Virus record (IMG/VR): IMGVR_UViG_3300025849_000010
Coordinates: 32,001-96,000 of that record
Length of the DNA: 64,000 bases
Reading direction: 5' to 3' (one strand)
DNA from: a virus
Notes under the pieces: generated by a model
Told to the model about the DNA's origin: nothing
Database searches by the model: none
The model's input: only the letters and a program-made list of their open reading frames with translations
Position numbers and translations under genes: made by a program
Shown here: one piece after another, positions 58,291-64,000 of the stretch
How the letters are laid out: each line of letters opens with the position of its first letter
Numbering within the stretch: the stretch's first letter is position 1

Positions 58291-59463
58291 ATGAAAATGT
58301 CAGAACTACTAGAAAGCCGCTGGTCGGACACTAAATCAGCACTGCTCGAAGGCCTAGAAGGCAATCGTAAGTCAGTAATGGCTGTTACACTTGAAAATAC
58401 TCGCAAGTATTTGTCAGAGAGTGCTACAGCAGGTGCTACCTCCGCCGGTAACGTCGCAACTCTTAACAGAGTTATTTTACCCGTCATCAGACGTGTAATG
58501 CCAACAACAATCGCAAACGAATTAGTTGGTGTTCAGCCTATGACAGGACCAGTGGGCCAAATCCACACACTAAGAGTACGCTATGCTGATTCAGCAACAG
58601 GTGTAACAGCAGGTGAAGAAGCTCTATCACCATTCAAGATTGCTCAAGGTTACTCAGGTAACGATGCAGCTGATCCAGATGGTAAAGCTAACAACACTGC
58701 AACACTTGAAGGTGCAGCAGGTAAGCGTATGTCAATTCAGATCTTGAAACAGACTGTTGAAGCAAAGTCACGCAAGCTATCAGCTCGCTGGACATTTGAA
58801 GCAGCTCAAGACGCACAGTCAATGCAAGGCATTGATGTCGAAGCTGAAATCATGGCAGCTCTTGCACAAGAGATTACAACTGAAATTGATCAGGAAATCT
58901 TAAACAGTCTACGTTCATTAGCAGGAACAGCTTCAGAGACCTTTAACCAGGCTGCTGTAAGTGGTACTGCTACTTTCGTTGGTGACGAGCATGCTGCATT
59001 AGCTGTTCTAATCAACCGTCAGGCTAACAAAATCGCACAACGCACTCGTCGTGGTGCAGGTAACTTTGCTGTTGTATCGCCATTCGCGTTAACAGTATTG
59101 CAGTCTGCAACTACTTCTGCGTTTGCACGTACTACTGAAGGTACATTTGAAGCACCAACAAACACTAAGTTCGTTGGAACATTGAACAATGCAATGAAAG
59201 TATATGTTGATACATACGCTTCTGATGCAACTGACGTTCTTGTTGGCTACAAAGGTTCTTCAGAATCTGATGCTGCTGCATTCTACTGCCCATACATCCC
59301 ATTGATGTCAAGCGGTGTTGTACTAGATCCAGATACATTCGAGCCAGTAGTTAGCTTCATGACACGTTATGGTTATGTTGAACTAAACAACACTGCATCG
59401 TCACTAGGCAATGCAGCAGACTACGTCGAGCGTGTTGCGATTTCGAACGTAAGCTTCAGCTAA
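58291..59463 (+). CDS. Major capsid protein, T4 gp23-like
   Basis: IRRVMP..IANELVGVQPMTGPVGQI, VEAKSRKLSARWTFEAAQD, EIDQEI, FYCPYIPL, FMTRYG. Confidence 0.96.
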   Translation: MKMSELLESRWSDTKSALLEGLEGNRKSVMAVTLENTRKYLSESATAGATSAGNVATLNRVILPVIRRVMPTTIANELVGVQPMTGPVGQIHTLRVRYADSATGVTAGEEALSPFKIAQGYSGNDAADPDGKANNTATLEGAAGKRMSIQILKQTVEAKSRKLSARWTFEAAQDAQSMQGIDVEAEIMAALAQEITTEIDQEILNSLRSLAGTASETFNQAAVSGTATFVGDEHAALAVLINRQANKIAQRTRRGAGNFAVVSPFALTVLQSATTSAFARTTEGTFEAPTNTKFVGTLNNAMKVYVDTYASDATDVLVGYKGSSESDAAAFYCPYIPLMSSGVVLDPDTFEPVVSFMTRYGYVELNNTASSLGNAADYVERVAISNVSFS

Positions 59464-59483
59464 GTTTTATTTTATATAAAACG

Positions 59484-59512
59484 AAAATAGCACCTTCGGG
59501 TGCTATTTTTTT
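59484..59512 (+). terminator. Rho-independent terminator after the capsid gene
   Basis: AAAATAGCACC-TTCG-GGTGCTATTTT followed by a T run. Confidence 0.9.
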
Positions 59513-59609
59513 GACTAAATTTTAATGATTTTACGGATGACTTTTAGGTACAAATATGTTTAAATAGTAATGTAGTAAATTTTTATTAACTTAATTTATG
59601 GAGTACACT

Positions 59610-59681
59610 ATGTGGACAACACCGAAAGCAACAGAGATGAGATTCGGCTTCGAAGTAACGATGTATGTGATGAACAAGTAA
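59610..59681 (+). CDS. pqqA: Pyrroloquinoline quinone precursor peptide PqqA
   Basis: MWTTPKATEMRFGFEVTMYVMNK*: 23 aa with W..P and R.GFEVTMY (ExxxY); GGAG SD at 59600-03; TAAATA at 59561-66. Confidence 0.93.
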   Translation: MWTTPKATEMRFGFEVTMYVMNK

Positions 59682-59742
59682 CAACATTACCAGAAGTAGA
59701 TATGAGCAAGCTAATAGAAACATTAGATTGTGAGTAAAACAT

Positions 59743-59767
59743 AGCCCGCATATTAGCGGGCTTTTTT
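59743..59767 (+). terminator. Rho-independent terminator after pqqA
   Basis: AGCCCGC-ATATTA-GCGGGCT followed by TTTTT. Confidence 0.85.
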
Positions 59768-59798
59768 GTCTGCATATAATGCTTTCAGTCGATATGGA

Positions 59799-59888
59799 TA
59801 AATACTTTTGTTATAGAGATATCCTCTATTGCGAGGAATTATGCGGAAACCCGCCGCGTAGACCTAGAACGTCAAAAAGGAGAAAACA
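59799..59888 (+). promoter_or_regulatory. Late promoter and structured 5' leader
   Basis: TAAATA at 59799-804, then several hairpins before the AAGGAG SD. Confidence 0.55.
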
Positions 59889-60305
59889 ATGGGACGTCCA
59901 CTTAATAAAAGATACTTCGGAGAACCAACTGCCGGAGGAAACGAAATCAAAGTACAATTTCACAATGGAACAGCTAGTGTAAACGGCTGGATCGTTAAAC
60001 AAAAAGGTTCAAAAAAATTCTTATGCTCAGACGGAACTGTCGAAGCAACATGTGTACTAGTTGACAAAGCATCAGGCGCAGTAGCAGCTGGTGAAATGAC
60101 TATTACAGTACTTGACGGTGCAACACCACGTCAGGTAACAAAGATTGCTGCACACAAAGTAACAATGGATAACGGTTTAACTATTAACTGGGACTTCACT
60201 GGAACTGGTGCAACTGTTGAAATGGAAGAAGCAGGCGATGATGCTGTTATCGACAATGTAGGCGTTGATGAAGACGACTTCGAAGGCGATGACCCAGCAC
60301 CATAA
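59889..60305 (+). CDS. Hypothetical virion/head-associated protein
   Basis: 138 aa with strong SD and its own late promoter; IVKQKGSKKF; acidic tail. Confidence 0.65.
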   Translation: MGRPLNKRYFGEPTAGGNEIKVQFHNGTASVNGWIVKQKGSKKFLCSDGTVEATCVLVDKASGAVAAGEMTITVLDGATPRQVTKIAAHKVTMDNGLTINWDFTGTGATVEMEEAGDDAVIDNVGVDEDDFEGDDPAP

Positions 60306-60333
60306 GCTGATATTTTCAATATAAGGAATCATA

Positions 60334-61416
60334 ATGTTAAGACTAGTTAGTGTACCCGATGGCGACTATAAATTAAAAACTAAACCAGGTGGAAAGATCA
60401 CACTCGATCCAGGCGCATCTGGTAACGTAGTCGTTGATGGTAATTTAACTGTAACAGGTAACACTACTACAGTTAATTCTACTATCACAACGATTAAAGA
60501 CCCTATAATAACTTTAAACGAAGGTGATCCGGGCACACAAGGAGCTATAAGTTTTAGAAAAGCCGGTTTGCACATTAATAGAGGTAATGGCATTCCGGAC
60601 ACTTATATAGTCCACGACGAAGACGTAACATTCACTGATCCTTATACTGGAGCACAATCATACGGTGTTATTAACTTTTTCCAAGAATCGTTTACAGGCG
60701 GCGGAACAAGAATAGAAACTTCTGTTCCATTAAAGACACAAAGTATTGTTATTACCCCTGGAACTAAATTTTTATTCCAAGGTCTAGGTAGTACAGGTGT
60801 ACTTGAAGTAGATAGTGCAGCATATGCAGAATCTATTGATCCTAGAGCATCGGGTTGGTTTACAAACGATGACGATAAAATACTTGCTAACAAAGGTTAT
60901 GTAGATTGGAAAATTGTTGACTATCTAAACATAACTGGTGTACCTACAATTTCTAGTACGCTTGCTGATCCAATTACATTTGCACCAATCTCTACTACTG
61001 CGATAACAGTTAAACAAGAAGGTGTTAACTGGACGCAGAATAGTGAAATTGAAATGACTATCGATGATGTTTCTGCTTTTAGAGCATCGAATGAAGATGG
61101 TTTTGAATTTTACAATGCTATTGATGCACAAGGACTTAGAATAAAAGGTTACGATAGCGGAACATTAATCGAAAGTATGGGATCAAACTCGGATCTTACA
61201 CTAACAGTTAGTGGTTCAGGAAGCATACGCATACTAGATGATTTATTAATGGTTAAGAATAGCAGCGAGCCTGCACTTCCTCCTCCGGGCACTGGAACTA
61301 AGTTATACGGTGGAGAAATAGGCGGAGGCGGCACTGGCTTGTATGCTGCAACTGAAGAAGGCAGAGACGAGTTAGCAAGCAGACGAAAGGCAATCATTTA
61401 CGGATTGTTGTTTTAA
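60334..61416 (+). CDS. Virion structural (fibre-like) protein
   Basis: GNLTVTGNTTTVNST...IKDPIITLN motif shared with the 1971-aa fibre. Confidence 0.6.
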   Translation: MLRLVSVPDGDYKLKTKPGGKITLDPGASGNVVVDGNLTVTGNTTTVNSTITTIKDPIITLNEGDPGTQGAISFRKAGLHINRGNGIPDTYIVHDEDVTFTDPYTGAQSYGVINFFQESFTGGGTRIETSVPLKTQSIVITPGTKFLFQGLGSTGVLEVDSAAYAESIDPRASGWFTNDDDKILANKGYVDWKIVDYLNITGVPTISSTLADPITFAPISTTAITVKQEGVNWTQNSEIEMTIDDVSAFRASNEDGFEFYNAIDAQGLRIKGYDSGTLIESMGSNSDLTLTVSGSGSIRILDDLLMVKNSSEPALPPPGTGTKLYGGEIGGGGTGLYAATEEGRDELASRRKAIIYGLLF

Positions 61417-61427
61417 GGGATATAAAA

Positions 61428-61760
61428 ATGGCTATAAAAAATGTAAGAATAAGCACTACTAACGCAACAGAAGTTTTGCTCAATGATCAAGCTGTAGGCG
61501 GCGGTAATGATATAGCTGTTACTATAATGATTTTGTGCAATACATCTGCTAGCACAGACGTAACAGTTGATCTACACGTTGTTGCTGCTGGTGATGCAGC
61601 AGGAGAAGACAATCAAATAATGAAAGATTTGTCGATTCCAGCAGGCGAAAGTTTTAGTTTAGATACTGAAAAATTTGTTATGGAAGAGAATGACGGAATT
61701 CAAGTTGTTGCTAGTACTGCAAACGTAGTTACAGTGACCTCTAGTTACGTGAGGGTATAA
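61428..61760 (+). CDS. Small beta-rich virion protein
   Basis: 110 aa with SD, within the structural operon. Confidence 0.6.
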   Translation: MAIKNVRISTTNATEVLLNDQAVGGGNDIAVTIMILCNTSASTDVTVDLHVVAAGDAAGEDNQIMKDLSIPAGESFSLDTEKFVMEENDGIQVVASTANVVTVTSSYVRV

Positions 61761-61763
61761 AGA

Positions 61764-64000
61764 ATGAAGTTTTTAAAACGTAATACACTTGCTTCTAAAA
61801 ATGTAAAAGACGAAGCATTAAAGATTAATAGATATGGTGAAGTAACTTCAGACAGTAAAATGTCTATTGGTAAATCTTCGCGTCCAATTGTAGAATTAGA
61901 TGTCAACGGAAGTGCAAATGTATCTGATACACTTAACGCTAACGTATTGCAAGCAACTGTATTAGAACCACAGTTCTCAAATGGCGACTTATCTATACGT
62001 GCAAGTGGTACTGGTAATGTTGTTATTAACAACTTGCTTACCGTTGGCGAAACTGCAACTACTTTTACAGGCGAAGTTGTTAACATCAACAACTTGAGAC
62101 TAGATGGCGACGGCGGTCGCACAGGTATATCAGCAATTGATTCAAATACCGGACTTTATTTAGATAGTGCCGGTACAGAAGGAATTTATGCTAACGGTGT
62201 AGACATTACTAAAACAGAAGGTAATGTAATTTGGGTTACTGCAAATGGTAGTGACGGCAATACAGGCGAAAGTATGCAAGACGCACTTGCAACTGTTAGA
62301 CAAGCTCTTATTATTGCACGTAACGGAGATACTGTTAAAATCGGAACAGGGACATTTGAAGAAATCTTTCCATTAACTGTATATCCCGGCGTGTCTATTA
62401 ACGGACAAGGAATACGCTCTACACAAATTAAACCAACTGCTGCGACACGTGATCAAAACTGTTTCCAGTTTAGAGGCGGCGCATCAGTTAAAGACTTGAC
62501 TGTTCGAGAAATGGAATATAATAGCATAGCTGATAGAGGTTATGCTTTCTGTTACGATGAGTCAACAACAGCAACATTTACTCGTGGTCCTTACATTATG
62601 AACGTAACTGTTCTTAACTTCGGATCAACAGTACGTTTAGGCATTAACTCACCGGATGATCCATACGGATATAGTGCAGGTGATGCAGGCCGTGGTATTA
62701 AAGCTGACGGCAGATACGTTAATAGAAATTCTATAGAACCAAGTTTCCTTGTAAACGAAGCTACATTCTTTTGCCCAGGACAAACTGCTATTGTACTGAC
62801 AAACGGTACACGTATGGAGTATTTAAACTCATTTGTTTACCTAGCAGACAAAGCAATACATGCAACTACAGGAACACAAGGCTGGGGCGGCACTGGGCAA
62901 ACTTATGTCATTGTTAACAATGTCACCGGCGGAAACTTTATTCCGGGCGAAACAGTACGTTACACTTCAACAGATGGTTCAACAGTAGCACAGTTCCAAA
63001 TATCAAGCTGGGACGTATCAACTCAAACATTGTCAATTACAGGACTATATACTGGACTCGACGGAGTTGACTTTACACCGCAATATGGTCAAGGTGGTTC
63101 AATTATTGGTACAGTTTCTGGTGTACAAGCAGAAAATATTGTAGAAGTTACAAAGTTTGAGTTTGGCGCAGAACTAAGAGCAATTGGCTCCGCAATGGTA
63201 TACGGTAACACAGGTGTTGTTGCTGATGGACCAGGTGTAAGTTTGCGCTTAATTGGACACAACTTTGCATACATTGGCGCAGGCAAACTAACATCTAACC
63301 GTGCTTCGGATGCAATACAAGCAAACGAAGTTGTTGAAACTAACGGTGCTAAAGTTCGCTATACATCAACTGACCATTTAGGCGACTTCCGTGTAGGCGA
63401 TCTGTTTTATGTATCACAAGAAACAGGGGAAGTGCAAATTGACGGCAGTGGGCTTAATTTTGGTGCGCTAGCAGGTGGATTAGTATTTGATGACGGCGCA
63501 GGAAACAAGAGTAGTATTACTGCTACTGAACTAACAACTGGATTTTTAACTTTCACAAGCAACGCTATTGGATCAACTGATATACTAGAAATTGATTCGT
63601 TAGATGCAATGACATTGTATGCTGCTGAAGGTGACATATCAATCAATGCAGCTGACGGAACACAGCAACTAGAAATCACTGGTGGGCCAATTATTTTACG
63701 AGGAGAAATCCAACTTGGTACTGATCCGCTATTACAAGGTGATGACTTTCCTCATGTAACTAAATTTAAATCGTTTGTTGAAAGCAACATACAGCCAGCT
63801 CCTGAATTTACAGGGATATGGGACTTAGGACAACCTGACGCAGTCTGGGCAACACTGTATGCAAGTGCAGTGCAAGTAGATGACATACGTTTAGAAGATA
63901 ATAAAATCTCAGTTAATAATACTAACTCTGATTTAGAAATTATACCAAGCGGTGCAGGTAGTGTTCTCATTGGAGGTACAACTTATCTTAAAGTACCAGT
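61764..64000 (+). CDS. Large virion protein with pectin-lyase-like beta-helix region (partial, runs off window)
   Basis: Open frame from ATG 61764 (MKFLKRN...); WVTANGSDGNTG..ALATVRQAL..GDTVKIGTGTFEE..LTVYPGVSING is a typical right-handed beta-helix start. Missing from the ORF track because no stop occurs in the window. Confidence 0.7.
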   Translation, partial: MKFLKRNTLASKNVKDEALKINRYGEVTSDSKMSIGKSSRPIVELDVNGSANVSDTLNANVLQATVLEPQFSNGDLSIRASGTGNVVINNLLTVGETATTFTGEVVNINNLRLDGDGGRTGISAIDSNTGLYLDSAGTEGIYANGVDITKTEGNVIWVTANGSDGNTGESMQDALATVRQALIIARNGDTVKIGTGTFEEIFPLTVYPGVSINGQGIRSTQIKPTAATRDQNCFQFRGGASVKDLTVREMEYNSIADRGYAFCYDESTTATFTRGPYIMNVTVLNFGSTVRLGINSPDDPYGYSAGDAGRGIKADGRYVNRNSIEPSFLVNEATFFCPGQTAIVLTNGTRMEYLNSFVYLADKAIHATTGTQGWGGTGQTYVIVNNVTGGNFIPGETVRYTSTDGSTVAQFQISSWDVSTQTLSITGLYTGLDGVDFTPQYGQGGSIIGTVSGVQAENIVEVTKFEFGAELRAIGSAMVYGNTGVVADGPGVSLRLIGHNFAYIGAGKLTSNRASDAIQANEVVETNGAKVRYTSTDHLGDFRVGDLFYVSQETGEVQIDGSGLNFGALAGGLVFDDGAGNKSSITATELTTGFLTFTSNAIGSTDILEIDSLDAMTLYAAEGDISINAADGTQQLEITGGPIILRGEIQLGTDPLLQGDDFPHVTKFKSFVESNIQPAPEFTGIWDLGQPDAVWATLYASAVQVDDIRLEDNKISVNNTNSDLEIIPSGAGSVLIGGTTYLKVP

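Noticed and set aside
59779-59982. 67-aa ORF overlapping the structured leader
   Set aside because: No SD, starts upstream of the late promoter and overlaps the well-supported 59889 gene in another frame.
1-64000. Stop-codon recoding, CRISPR arrays, tRNAs, DGR/reverse transcriptase, inteins
   Set aside because: Code 11 gives dense, long ORFs; by eye I saw no repeat-spacer array, cloverleaf, RT motif, TR/VR pair or intein signature. A tRNAscan/CRISPR scan would be needed to exclude them formally.

Overview
This window is a 64-kb segment of a large T4-like (myovirus, probably jumbo) dsDNA phage genome. It is AT-rich, uses the standard genetic code and is almost entirely coding. From left to right it holds: (i) a sugar-modification island (partial nucleotide-sugar dehydrogenase, a GT-like protein, a Twitch-type radical SAM enzyme and four glycosyltransferases; 1-7.6 kb); (ii) a minus-strand tail-fibre/baseplate operon (three fibres sharing an N-terminal domain, a 4637-aa baseplate protein, gp6, gp25, PAAR, gp5, hub, gp53, gp48/54-like; 7.6-43.9 kb); (iii) late sigma gp55, gp47/gp46 and a GIY-YIG-like gene followed by a ~500-nt structured non-coding region; (iv) a gp26-like tail chaperone and a tape-measure-like gene; (v) head genes (portal gp20, protease gp21, scaffold gp22, capsid gp23) and further virion genes. 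Highlights missed by the ORF track: a 23-aa PqqA precursor gene in its own promoter/terminator cassette behind the capsid gene (pointing to a methylotroph host), a canonical -1 frameshift site that would fuse the gp26-like ORF to a start-less downstream ORF, a candidate large structured ncRNA, a structured leader at 59.8 kb, and a recurring 13-bp motif beside late promoters. All protein calls come from motif recognition and gene order, not database searches.
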